This document shows, piece after piece, positions 10,120-24,451 of a DNA stretch of 64,000 nt (position 1 is the first letter of the stretch; each line of letters starts with the position of its first letter). The stretch lies in contig OZ024742.1 of the NCBI GenBank assembly GCA_964016885.1, positions 38,812,001-38,876,000 of the forward strand, written 5' to 3'. Origin of the DNA: Eledone cirrhosa (lineage: Eukaryota). The notes under the pieces are model-generated. The model made no database searches, had not been told where the DNA came from, and saw only the letters and a program-made list of their open reading frames with translations. Position numbers and translations under genes: made by a program.

Positions 10120-10720
10120 TGGCTGCCAACTCGTTTTCGAGTACGGCCACTACTTTATATCCATGTAGGAGAATTCCTACCGATGCGCTAAACAAGTGTG
10201 ACTTTTAGTCCAGCCAGCGACTTGAAAACTCTGGTACAAACACTACACTTGTGACAATTATTGACACATAGTGTTGGGCCCTTTGTACCATGTGACGACA
10301 AGTGTAGAGAGATCTCCAGATATAAAGCAATGTCTGTGCCGTGAAGCTTTTATAGTGAGCAAAGGCACTGCATAAAGCCAGTCCCACTCTCTTAACCCAA
10401 GATGATATTTACCAAAAAGAAGAATAAGTCAACATCATTGGATACCATCAGGGTTGCAGGTGTTATATCAGAGTTTTCCTTCTCCTAGAATTCTGCCTTG
10501 ACAAAGGCTAAGGGGTCATCTCTCCCGGTGATTTTGGATGGCCATTGACTCTTAAGAGCTCCTTTGCCAGGTTTTGTTTTTAGTCCTGCAGGATGTCCAA
10601 AGTCACCCTCCTCACCAAGAAACCTTGGTGGGGTTGCCAGTTTAGTCGCCAACGACCCGACCATGGGACAGGTTGTACTGGGATACATGTTACCAGTAGC
10701 ACCAACTGGTGACCTGACAT
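10116..10720 (-). mobile_element. About 610-bp RTE-derived non-autonomous (SINE-like) element
   Basis: Reverse complement of 14617-15229; 3' part encodes a C2H2-like remnant (HKCSVCTRVFKSLAGLKSH); embedded in (TA)n. Confidence 0.8.
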
Positions 10721-11067
10721 AATATATATATATACATACATACAGGCACACTTATATATATGCACGTATCAGTTTACCGAACATTTATTATAATGTTCGC
10801 TTTGTTCGTTTGTAAACAAACGAACAGCCTGATTTGTGTAGGCAACCACAACAGTGTTTAGGCAACCACGTCACCTTTTTGTTCAACACTGACACAGGAA
10901 CGATGTACTAGTTTCAAGCTTGCTAGCTATCGTCAGCACCGTATACCTTTCTGCCAGATGGTTGAACGTCCGAAAGTATATACTTTCCTTATGAAAATTA
11001 ACGGCTGAGCAGCCTAATTTGCATATCGAGTGAGTTCAGTCGGCCAGGCGCACCGAAAACGATAAAT

Positions 11068-11175
11068 GGAATAGAATGAAACGAAATTTCATTTCTCACT
11101 CTTAGTACGGCACTTACTTAAATGTAAGTATGTATGTATACGTACACACATATATGTATACAGACGTACAGTAGC

Positions 11176-11228
<53 letters not shown>

Positions 11229-11326
11229 CATACAGACACACATATATATATATGCACGTATCAGTTTACCGAACATTTATTATAATGTTCGCTTTGTTCG
11301 TTTGTAAACAAACGAACAACCTGATT
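11068..11326 (+). repeat. Local direct duplication of 9958-10833 lacking the 610-bp insertion
   Basis: GAATAGAATGAAACG...CAGTAGCAT-(TA)n-CATACATACAG...CTGATTT occurs twice. Confidence 0.85.
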
Positions 11327-11333
11327 TACGCCG

Positions 11334-12060
11334 TAAAGTGGTAGAAGGGACATGGTGTTAAATGAACCAAATAACAAAAAAAAGTCAAACTTCCCATTGG
11401 TCAGTTCTGAGAGCATACCTCAGTCAGAAGTCTATAGAATTCTTTCTGGGGTGAGGCTCCCTGTAGTGTTTAGATAGCAAATACAAACACTACAGGGAGC
11501 CTCACCCCAGAAATAATTCTATAGACTTCTGACTGAGGTATGCTCTCAGAACTGACCAATTGGAAGTTTGACACTTTTTTTGTTATTTTGTTCCTTTAAC
11601 ACCTTGTCCCTTCTACCACTTTATCAATTTTTTAAGCTAACTCCAACAATAACAACACTTAGAATGAGGAATGTTCTAATAACTGACCAATGAGAGGAGA
11701 AGAGGCCCTTTGACATTGAAATTCGTTTGTTTGAATTCATATGATTCCAGTTCCTCAGTGAAATAACAACCCAACCAGGAACTGGGCATATCAGAGTATT
11801 GACAAAATTATACACCTCAACAACATATGTACTTGTCTATACCACACTAATTCAAACTGCCTGAAGAGGTCACAGCCAAAGATGGCTGTCACTGAAATAT
11901 ATATAGCAGTAATAAACGAAGCTAAATTTTAAACATTTGACTTTTTATTTAACTTTATTTTACATTACGCCGGAGTAACCAAACCAACCTGCGCACTTCG
12001 TCGAGTGCTCCAGCCTGCATACTGAGGTGTTGGTATACAACCAACATATACTCAAAATCT
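11334..12060 (+). mobile_element. HHR-bearing non-coding element with a 138-bp 5' fold-back hairpin
   Basis: Inverted arms 11334-11471 / 11485-11623; HHR at 11856-11910; ends in (TA)n; relative at 40330-40742. Confidence 0.75.
11856..11910 (+). ncRNA. Type I minimal hammerhead ribozyme
   Basis: ACUGC-CUGAAGA-GGUCACAGCC aaagau GGCUGUCACU-GAAA-UAUAUA-UA^GCAGU: 5-bp stem I, long stem II, short palindromic stem III. Confidence 0.85.
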
Positions 12061-12089
12061 ATATATATATATATATATAGATAAAGAGA

Positions 12090-12635
<546 letters not shown>

Positions 12636-13274
12636 GTATATAGTTGAAGGAAACAACAAATACAGATACAAAAGTCTTATTAGTTTCACTGTTTACACTG
12701 TAAAGGGGAAATAAAGTTCGATGTGTCAAGCTTTAGCCCTTCTTCAGGAATACAAAAATAGAGAATATATTGGGTCGTCAAATATGAAATTTGTGGAAAT
12801 TTGTTTTTTTTCTACAAATTTCTACAAATTTCGTACTTGATGACCCAATATATATATACAGGTACGCATAGTATATTTAATAATATACTGTATGTTTATT
12901 TAAAGACATTTTGAAGACCATTTGCTATGAATTTTAAAGAAGTGACTAACGTCACATACTTAGTCTCAGCAAAAGCAAAGGGAAGCAATCGACGGTCACC
13001 GTTTCTCACTTGTAAGTGTTTGTCAAGACTATATACCCCTTCGCTTCTGCCGAGAGTTATAGAAGTTGGATTCTTATAGAATTCCAGTTATGTTTATGAG
13101 CTGTTTAAAGCTATACAGAGCGGTTGCCGGCCCAGCAAAAATTAGAACTTATATTGGTGCTCTGAAATAATGATGTATATATGAATGTGCGTATAGTATA
13201 TGTGATAATACGTGTGTGCGTTGATGCTCTCTCTCACTCACTGCATCCGTGTCTCCCGCTCTCCCATCTCTCAC

Positions 13275-13344
<70 letters not shown>

Positions 13345-13381
13345 TATTTACTTATGTATATATATATATTTATGTATATAT

Positions 13382-14324
13382 AGTTTTGCGAGGTTTTTGA
13401 TATGAAATCGTGTGACGAAACAAATATTGTTATACTTGGGGAGGGTCATATTTGTGTAATAATATTGCCAGAATTAATAACAGAACACATTCACTGTTTG
13501 GTTGGTTTTCGCTTCTGTGTCTTTTATATCGGTTAATTTAATTTATTCAGTCCTCAATGTTACCAGGGGGGGGGGGGGGGGGGGGGCGACGACGACGACG
13601 ATGACGACGACTAAAAGGACGAAAAAACGGTTCAGTACTATACGAACATGCCAGACAACAGCACAACGGTAACATAGACAACATAGAAATTAGAATAATA
13701 TCTAAACATAGAAATGACCCAGTAGATAGGCAAATCAGAGAGGCCAGCGAAATAGATCTTAGAAGGCCAAAGCTAAACAGAAAATAATGAATGGAATAAC
13801 AACACCCAAACAAACAACACTGACCTAAGAGAAGTATAAATAAATAAATAAATAAATATATACACAAGCACAATAACAACAAACACATATAAACACACGC
13901 TAGTAAACTAAGATAGAATACAATAACCAATACACAGTCACCCAAACACGAACACACATCAAACAAAACACTATACACACACGCAAACGCATGCGCAGAG
14001 AAAACAAAAAATAAACAAATAAATAAATAAACAGACCAAATAAAGATGGCGTAGGCATACAAAGCAACGGGAGGAAACATAATAGCACCACTGACGATGT
14101 TGCACATGTGCAACGAAAGAACTTTGTTAGACTATATATATGTGTTTGTGTCTATATTGTATCTGTATTTTTTTACTGTTGGTCAGTCAATGGCAACATT
14201 GAGGACCGAATAAATTAAATTAACCGATATAAAAGACACAGAAGCGAAAACCAATCAAACAGTGAATGTGTTCTGTTATTAATTCTGGCAATATTATTAC
14301 ACAAATATGACCCTCCCCAAGTAT
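13382..14324. mobile_element. Older, 5'-truncated palindromic copy of the same PLE family as 127-6577
   Basis: 13611-14324 matches 5811-6569 (end of GIY-YIG + 3' UTR); 13382-13565 is the inverted 3' end with tail; flanked by (TA)n/(TATG)n. Confidence 0.9.
14091..14118 (+). ncRNA. Hammerhead-like core of this PLE copy
   Basis: CUGACGA-U-GUUGCACAUGUGCAAC-GAAA; core and stem II conserved while the flanks diverge from 6328-6355. Confidence 0.5.
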
Positions 14325-14329
14325 GTATG

Positions 14330-14509
<180 letters not shown>

Positions 14510-14547
14510 GAGAGATGTCTATGTGAGAGAGAGAGAGAGTGTGTGTG

Positions 14548-14579
<32 letters not shown>

Positions 14580-14616
14580 TATATGTATGTATGTATATAT
14601 GTATGTATATATATAT

Positions 14617-15229
14617 ATGTCAGGTCACCAGTTGGTGCTACTGGTAACATGTATCCCAGTACAACCTGTCTCATGGTCGGGTCGTTGGCGACTAAACCGG
14701 CAACCCCACCAAGGTTTCTTGGTGAGGAGGGTGACTTTGGACATCCTGCAGGACTAAAATCAAAACCTGTCAAAGGGCAAAGGAGCTCTTAAGAGTCAAT
14801 GGCCTTCCAAAATCGCTGGGAGAGATGACCCCTTAGCCTTTGTCATGGCAGAATTCTAGGAGAAGGAAAACTCTGATATAACACCTGCAACCCTGATGGT
14901 ATCCAATGATGTTGACTTGTTCTTCTTTTTGGTAAATATCATCTTGGTTAAGAGAGTGGGACTGGTTTTGTGCAGTGCCTTTGCTCACTATAAAAGCTTC
15001 ACGGCACAGGCATTGCTTTATATCTGGAGATCTCTCTACACTTGTCGTCATATGGTAACATGGGCCCAGCACTATGTGTCAATAATTGTCACAAGTGTAG
15101 TGTTTGTACCAGAGTTTTCAAGTCGCTGGCTGGACTAAAAAAGTCACACTCGTTCAGCGCATCGGTAGGGGTTCTCCTACATGGATATAAAGTAGTGGCC
15201 GTACTCGAAAACGAGTTGGCAGCCACCAT
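14617..15229 (+). mobile_element. About 610-bp RTE-derived SINE-like element
   Basis: ATGTCAGGTCACCAG...GAGTTGGCAGCCACCAT; four near-identical copies in the window. Confidence 0.8.
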
Positions 15230-15679
15230 ATATATATGTATGTATATATGTATGTATATATGTATGTATGTATATATGTATATATGTATATAAATGTCGA
15301 TTAATTAATTAACAACTAAATGCAACGAATGAAAGATAACCGCGTTTCTTAAGTACCTCGAAACTCGAAGAATGAATCAACATTATTTTGTTCAAATGAT
15401 TGATTCGGGGAAACAATAATTAATTTAATTACAAAATATAGTTTTCACCGAAATGTAAAATTGATAAGCCTTGACAAAGAAATAATAATAATGATAATAA
15501 TACAATAGGAAGGAACTCACACAAATTTCATTTATCAGAAATTCAAATATTGAATATAAAATTTAAACCGATAACTAAAAAGATTTTCGCTTAAATGAAA
15601 ATTACATTCACTTTACTAACAATGTTCTTGAAGACAACATGAACTCAGATCACTTTCACTATTTCTCTTCATTTGTATT

Positions 15680-15747
<68 letters not shown>

Positions 15748-15774
15748 CATATATATATACATATATATATATAC

Positions 15775-15936
<162 letters not shown>

Positions 15937-16079
15937 TGAGAGAGAGAGAGAAACGAGAGGAGGAGAAAGGGAGGGAGAGAGAGGAGAGAAAATCTGAGAG
16001 AAAAAGAGGAGAAAGTGAGAGAGAGAGAAAGTAGGCAGGGAGTGAGAGAGGGGGAAAGAGGAGGAGGGAGTGCGAGAAC

Positions 16080-16126
<47 letters not shown>

Positions 16127-16148
16127 CGAGAGAGAGAGAGAGAGCGAG

Positions 16149-16212
<64 letters not shown>

Positions 16213-16734
16213 GGATAGAAAGCCTTGTGATATTCATTCAGAATGTCTGTGCTTAAATGCTCAAGGGGTGCCGTATATGACTTCATTAGCAGTTAGATAC
16301 GCGCCTTCTTTTCGTTCGTTGTCTTGTCCTCTCTTTGTTAATTTTCCTAAGTTTATCATTACTAATCTGTGACGAACGTGTTCTCTCTTCTCCCACCATT
16401 AATTTCAATGGCTCACATTTCTTAACACGATATCTTACTTTTTTTCTTCTTTTTTCCTACTCTTGTTTTTCCCTTTGTTTCACGCATGAGATTTTCGTGC
16501 TATAAAATCACAATACCTTTTTCCTGACGTCACGTAATGGACCAGCAGTACCGTTGGTAGGGGTCGAAACGGCTAAAGTCCATCTCAACACCTGGAATTC
16601 TGTGTCTGTCGTTTGTATTTTTATATTCAAAAGATAATTTTTTTAAATGTTTCCCCTTAAAAAGAATTGGCTATATTGAAACACAATATTGAAGGGACTT
16701 AGTAAATTATATCGACGCCAGCATTTATTGTTTA

Positions 16735-17589
16735 CTAGCAGTAAAGCCCGGCGTTGCTCGGGGTCGCTCAGTAGCTGTGTTAAAGTTACAATGTTAAGTT
16801 TCTTTTTTGGCTTAAAAGCTGTAGTGTCTACTGTGCAGACTTGCATGTGGTGTTTTTGATTAATATTCCCTCAACCAACAATATGCCTTATGAAGTTAAG
16901 AAAACATAATGATAACCCGAATGTTATAACAAAAGAGGATGCTGGGGATAAAAACTGCACTGGTTATTTATTAACAAAGATCGAAAATGTAAACACTGCA
17001 ACGCAGAGAAAAACATTAGCGTAACCAAATTATCAGTTATGTCTGTCTGCACGCCTATATCACCTCTCTGCACGACTGTCTGTCTGCACGCGTATATCAC
17101 CTCTCTGCACGACTGTCTGTCTGCACGCCTAACGAAATTTACAGATACATATATTTTAAATAAACTTATATAATTTTTGCTTTTTTTTACGAAATATTTG
17201 CTTGTTTTAAGTAGTTTTTAAATAGACTTGTTTTCAAGTAAAAATATTGTTTTAAAAGGCTTGTTTTACGTAGTCTCTAAATCGTGTATTGTGTTAATGT
17301 CATTTTAAACGCTGAGAAAGCCAGCGTAATTTTTTTAATTTTTGCACGCAGACGCTCAATGTAAACAGAACAAAGGGAAATAACTGATCACTTACGCTCA
17401 AAAATCGATACATTATATTCGATTTCGTCAGATAGGGCGGGTCAATTTGAAATATTTTTTTCCGATGTCTTCGCTAGGGCTCAATGTACAAGTATAGCAA
17501 TTTCGGTGCAATTCCGTGAGAGATTCTAAGAGGAGATGTGTGCCAAAAATCGATAGACAGACAGACAACCTCAGTTTTATATATATAGA
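16735..17589 (-). mobile_element. Non-autonomous Helitron
   Basis: On the minus strand: A|TCTATATATATAAAAC... start, subterminal hairpin CCCGAGCAACGCCGGG, CTAG|T end; internal (GTCT)n and a 37-bp tandem repeat at 17040-17130. Confidence 0.85.
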
Positions 17590-17936
17590 TTGGCTGATAA
17601 TTTCATCGGTCTCTTTTTGTCGAAACGCTACATTACGAGACATAACCAGACTCTAAACATAAACACGTACATACAAATACACACATATATTCAATGGGCT
17701 TCCATACAGATTACGTTCACCAAATTTCCCTCACAAACAACTTGTCAATCCGAGGCAACAGTAGAACTCACCTTCCCAAGATGCCATTTAGTGGAACCCA
17801 ACCCGATGGTTTTGAAAAAAATGTCTTAATCAAGCAGCCACACATGTGTCTATATATACACATATACATACATATATAAATATGTACATACACACACACA
17901 CACTCACACATACATACACACACACACTCACACACT

Positions 17937-17968
<32 letters not shown>

Positions 17969-18456
17969 CAATATATGTGCGTTTATATGTGTGACACCCC
18001 ACACGCACACACACATACACACACATACCTACACACACATATACAATGTGTATACATACGTACACACCCCACATACAAGCACGCACGCACACACACATAT
18101 ACACACACACCTACATCCCCCACACACGCACAAACACACACACCTACACACACACACACACACACCTACACACACGCACACACACCTACACCGCCCCACA
18201 CATATTTATGTAAATCTAACTTTCTTATTTGAAAGATGTAAAATTATTTTTCTTCAATCACAGCTAGTGACTATTTTCTTTTCTACTTTCACTAAAAAAA
18301 AGACGATACATATGTAAATACAAAAGAAAAAAAATATATATATATATACAATATATATATATATATAAATATAAAAGAATATACATATATATATATATAC
18401 AAAAGATATATACATATATAAATGCAAAAAAAAAAAAATATATATATATATACAAA

Positions 18457-18499
<43 letters not shown>

Positions 18500-18802
18500 A
18501 AGAAAATACATATATATATATACAAAAGATATATACATATATATATATAAATACAAAAGAAAATGCATATATCTATACAAAAGCAAAGCTAATGAATAAT
18601 TTCAATTGTTCATGAATATTAGATATTCTATGATTAAGACCTGATTGTTGTACGGCTCGTTTCTCTTAAACAATGAATATATTTTATTTCAATTTTACTT
18701 GTGAGTACTGGTTTTTATTATATTTTAAGTAGAATTTTATATAACAAGACTGAATTCTTTCTTCCTCTTCACAGAAATTCATTTGTGGCTAATAAAGAAA
18801 CA

Positions 18803-18923
<121 letters not shown>

Positions 18924-19099
18924 CTATCAACCAACCTACCTTTCTACTTACCTTCAAATCTATCTATCTATATAGCTATCTAGCTAGCGTCCTATCTTGC
19001 TCACTCTCTCTCTCTATGTATGTATGTACGTATGCATTCATGTATTTTCACACATATATGTGTGTGTACATGTATGTATGCACACATGTATATATATGA

Positions 19100-19163
<64 letters not shown>

Positions 19164-19333
19164 TTTTATCCATCCACTTGTTTTATTCATGAGACAGCTA
19201 CCATGAAGGGGAAATGCATGAAACTATTGAGTTGATCATATCAACCCCACCACTTATTTTGTCTGGTATATTTATATTATCGATCTGTTTTTGTCGAACC
19301 GCTTGGTAACAAGACATAAGCAATCAGTAAATG

Positions 19334-19432
<99 letters not shown>

Positions 19433-19699
19433 GAGTGGTTACACAACAGTTAGTTCACTATACCGAGAACAATTGTTTCACCTTAGCGGATCCTCAGCTC
19501 GTAATGGACATGGTTATACGGAACAGGAAGGACAACCGTACGAACGCGCATGCGCAGAAACTGTCACTTCACACAGGCAATACTAAAAAGCGTGCGAGAG
19601 GAGTAAGGGAAATAACTGCGAAAGTCCGAAAAGTTGATAAGAAAATTAGGCTGTGATTCAATCTGGAGCTTTGTAGTTATGTAAGAGGTGTTTCAAGAC

Positions 19700-19749
<50 letters not shown>

Positions 19750-19757
19750 GTCTTGAA

Positions 19758-19805
<48 letters not shown>

Positions 19806-19809
<4 letters not shown>

Positions 19810-20160
19810 TAGCGTATACGAAGCCGATTTCTCGGACTTTTACGAAGCACTGAGGGGCTAAAGTTAATATGAAGAATGGTGCACTCATTCGCTGAGATGC
19901 TATAAAATAACTTATATAATAGGGTGAAGGTGGAAAAAGAAGTTGCCAACGACCGCTATGAGGAAACGAACCAGATATCTCCCAGTTACCAACTAGGTGC
20001 TGCTTTAAGCCATTAAGCCAAGGGACCGTGATATGGGTTTCGATACCTCATAGCGGCCGATGGTAACTTCTTTTTCCCTCTTTAAGGATCTTCATCCTAT
20101 TTTATAAGCTGTTTTATAGCATTTCATCGCACGAGTACACCATTGTTTATTTCAAATATA
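19806..20160. mobile_element. Asymmetric palindromic element with a tRNA-like (Pol III A/B box) head
   Basis: Arms about 19866-19979 / 20030-20155; minus-strand TGGCTTAATGG (20010-20020) and GGTTCGTTTCC (19962-19972); TA tracts on both sides. Confidence 0.7.
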
Positions 20161-20290
20161 TATATGACGGGCTTCCACTCAATTATCGCTTACCAAATTT
20201 CACTCACAAATTATTGGTCTTTCCGAAACTGTAGAGGAAGATACTTGCAGAAGGTTACGCGAATTTATTAACTATACCGCCATTCCTGCA

Positions 20291-20396
<106 letters not shown>

Positions 20397-21362
20397 CGAA
20401 GGAAAGTAAAAAATTATCCGCACTTTTACCAAAACGTTCTAAAGGTTGGTCGCGTTGTCTTCAGCATCCGCGTGCTAAAAGGTGGTACTTTTGTGGTTAC
20501 GTTAACCAAGGTTTAACTTTGATCGGTCCATTTTTCTTTCTTGTGTTACAGAGTAAACATCACTCCGCTGGCAGTGTGCTCCAAGGAAGAACAGAAATCA
20601 GTGATCCGATTTCTCTGGTTTGAAGGTGTGTCAGGGGCTGAAATTCATTTCAGGCTCTCAGTACAATACGGCGACAGCGCTTTACTGCGCAGAAGTTTGT
20701 ATGAGTGGATCAAGAAGTTTAAAAATGGCCGGACAAGCGTGAAGCACGAAGAGGAAGCAGGACGCCCATTAACCGCCACCAATGACGTGAAGATTCAATA
20801 AGCTCGAGAGCTGGTTCTGGTGGACCGACGAGTGACCATCGATGAGATGGGATGTTATTTGCAAATCAGTCATGGTTCTGCATACGAAATCATCCACGAC
20901 AAGCTTTGCTTCCGTAAAGTCTGTGCGAGATGAGTGCCAAGAGAGCTGCCCGAAACGCATAAGTGCAATCGTGCGGATATCTGTCAACGTTTACTCAACC
21001 GATACAACGATGAAGGCGAAGGTTTTTTGGAGAGATAAATCATAGATTAGACATGGGTTCATCACTTTGAGCCAGAATACAAAATGTAGAATATGAAGTG
21101 GAAGCACCCGGGATCACCAGCAAAAAAGAAATTCAAGGCTCAACCTTTCTCAGAAAAAGGGATGCTAACCATTTTTTGTGACGCCAAAGGGTCTATACTT
21201 GAACATTATCTGGAAAAGGGATCTACAGTCACCAGTGTAGGCTACAGTAAAATGCTGGCCAACAAACTGAAACTCAATTCGCACCAATTCGCCGAGGTCT
21301 ATTGTCAAAGCAAGTGTTATTGTTGCACGGCTATGCACGCCCACACCGCTGAAACCATTGTG
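20397..21362 (+). mobile_element. Decayed, 3'-truncated mariner transposon
   Basis: Frameshifted transposase remnants [29 protein letters not shown] and WKHPGSPAKKKFK..MLTIFCD; begins TA|CGAAGG. Confidence 0.85.
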
Positions 21363-21429
21363 TGAATGTATGTGTGTGTGTTTGGATGCACATATATATC
21401 AAGATAAGTATATATATATATGAAAAAAT

Positions 21430-21673
<244 letters not shown>

Positions 21674-22065
21674 ATATATTTATATATACAAACACACGCA
21701 CATATATATATATACATACACACACATATATACACACACGCACACACACACACACATATATATATATAAACGTGTGTGTGTGTGTTTGAATATGCGTGTG
21801 TCTGTTTTTATTACATTTTTTCATTGATCATCGATGGAAATTCTAAGAAAACATTTCATTTTACGAGAAGATATTTTGTATGAAGCCTCATTATTGCAAC
21901 TTGATAGTGGGTAGCTGATTTCTTTTAGAATTGAATAACACACACACGCTCAGACATAAGCGTACGTAAATACATACATACGGACATACATACATACGGA
22001 CATACATACATATATACATACATATATACATACTTACATATGGACATACATACATATATACATAC

Positions 22066-22345
22066 ATACTGGGATATGTTAGTAACAGCCTCAATACAAA
22101 TCTTGAGAAGCTGCGCATCACAGAACCAGAAAAACACGACTAGTTAGGAAATTACAAGTACAATCCATTAATGGAACAGTAAAAATATGTAAAACATTCC
22201 AAAATTTCTGTATGTAATAATTGCATGTACACATGTACAGATACAAAGTATATGCACATGCACATGCACAAATATAACTCTAGACATCCACATCCACACT
22301 TACAATAACACCCATAGCTGCACACACACGCATGCAGTTGATGTT
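22066..22345 (+). repeat. Unclassified dispersed repeat (inverted copy at about 43790-44040)
   Basis: Shared ACTAGTTAGGAAATTACAAGTACAATCCATTAATGGAACAGTAAAAATATGTAAA. Confidence 0.75.
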
Positions 22346-22849
22346 GTGTAAATTCCAATGAAAGAGTCTTGTGTCCTATGTTAGAAATCGACTCTCTTTA
22401 GTAGTAACAATTCATAAAATTATAAAACCAGAAGAACATTCATACATATATACATATGTGTGTTGGACCTCCATCGGTTTTGATGGTGAGTGTTCTAGGT
22501 GTTTCGATCCACAGCATAGCCTGCTCGCGAAATTAACGTGCACGTGCCTGAGCATTCAGCGTTTGAAGTATGTGGCAAGGTTGACCCTTACAGGTACTAC
22601 TCATTTTGCCAGGTGTGTGGAATAAAGCGATATGAGATAAAATGTATTTGCTGAAGGGCTCAACGCACCGCCCACACCGTTCGTAAACCACATACTTAAA
22701 CCACTAAGTCATGCGCCTTCATATGCTTACGTACGTACATACATACATACATGCACAATAGTTGTGCATAGGTATCTGAGACGAAAAACACAGACCATAG
22801 AGGAGATAAATCATCCTAAGAGCCTGGAACGGAGTTCCGACAAGTTTAT

Positions 22850-23500
22850 GACATCCCACCTTGAAGGATGCAATACAGGAACAAGAAATCCCTACAAAAT
22901 ATCTGCTACACAAAAGAGGAGGGAGGCCAATAAATGGAGGCTTTGTAAAACAAAGATCGAAGATGTTAGCCACATTGTTGCCAACTGCGAAAGAATGTCG
23001 TCTTGCTACTACCTCCCTATGAGACACGATGTGATAGCTGGAACCATCTGGAGCGCAATTAGGAAAACAAGATTAAAAACAAATGACGAGGAATATGTTG
23101 AGATAGATGGGAATAAAGAATACTGGTGGAACCTGAAAATAAAAACTGCCACCAAATTAAAACACAACCGGTCTGATATTGTTGTTTGGGACCACACATT
23201 GAAAACATGCTCTGTTGTAGAGATCAGCTGCTCACTTGATGTCAACGCTGTAAAAAAAATACAAGAGAAGGAGGACATCTACGGACCATTGATGAGAAGT
23301 TTACAGATCCAGTATCTAAGATATACCTTCAGTTTCATACTTATCATTATTGGAGCTACGGGTTATATACCAGATCGCTTGGACCAAAGTATGACTGAAC
23401 TTGGATTTCTGGACAAAGAACGCAGCTCCCTAATTCATAGACTACAAATGGCTGCGATAGCTGGCACCTTCAAAATTTGCAAAACATTCTTGCGATTCAA
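22850..23500 (+). pseudogene. 3' fragment of an RLE-type non-LTR retrotransposon (R2/R4/NeSL-like): zinc knuckle + restriction-like endonuclease
   Basis: WRLCKTKIEDVSHIVANC (degenerate CCHC), MRHDVIA, NRSDIVVWD, VVEISC, EKEDIYGPL, IIIGATG. Confidence 0.85.
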
Positions 23501-24201
23501 GGATGACAATTTCTTTTCTTTTACAACCTTGCCACCAGGAAGGTGGCCTGTCAAAAATGTGCTCGAAATTAAGAGAAAGAGAAACACATCCATCCATCCG
23601 TCCATCCATCCACCCATCTATACATACATACATATATCACTTATAATTTTAGAAGTTATCTATGTTATCGCATGCATATTTCATATATTTTGATGACAGC
23701 TTAATGACCTCATGTTGAGTATCAACGTGATTTCCGTAGAAACCCACAAAGAGTGTCAATGAAGAATTTATTGAAATATTCAATACTAAAGAAGATTAGA
23801 AAAACGTGGGAACAGTTAGTTATTAACCTCTTTCGTGTCAATAGTAGTCATAAGAAATCGGATATGGTTGGCTATTTCACTGAAAATTAGATATGAGTCT
23901 GGCTGATAACGTTTGTCGGTACATCAGTATACTATACTATATTATACTATACTATACTATACTATACTATACTATACTATACTATACTATACTATACTAT
24001 ACTATACTATACTATACTACACGACACTACACTACACTATACTATACTATACTATACTATACTATACTATACTACACTATACTATATAACTGTCTTAGTT
24101 GATTATATCAGAAACTCAAGACGGGAAATGAAAAATACCACAGGCTATTTGAATATTTTCTTCAACCAGAAAAGTCGTGACAATCTTGCCCCCCCCCCCA
24201 C

Positions 24202-24315
<114 letters not shown>

Positions 24316-24316
24316 A

Positions 24317-24437
24317 ATAGCTGTCGAAACGGCTTGAGCTCTGCCGTCGGGGTCATACCTTTTCCTATCACCCACTCTACTACCCTAAGTATTGAGTACT
24401 CTGGTGTGTTATGGTTCCTTACCACAATTCCCTCGTT
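24317..24437 (+). mobile_element. 3' half of an HHR plus tail, ending in (TA)n
   Basis: GAAACGGC-uugagcucu-GCCGUC^GGGGUC; tail contains TTGAGTACT. Confidence 0.6.
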
Positions 24438-24451
24438 ATATATATATATAT

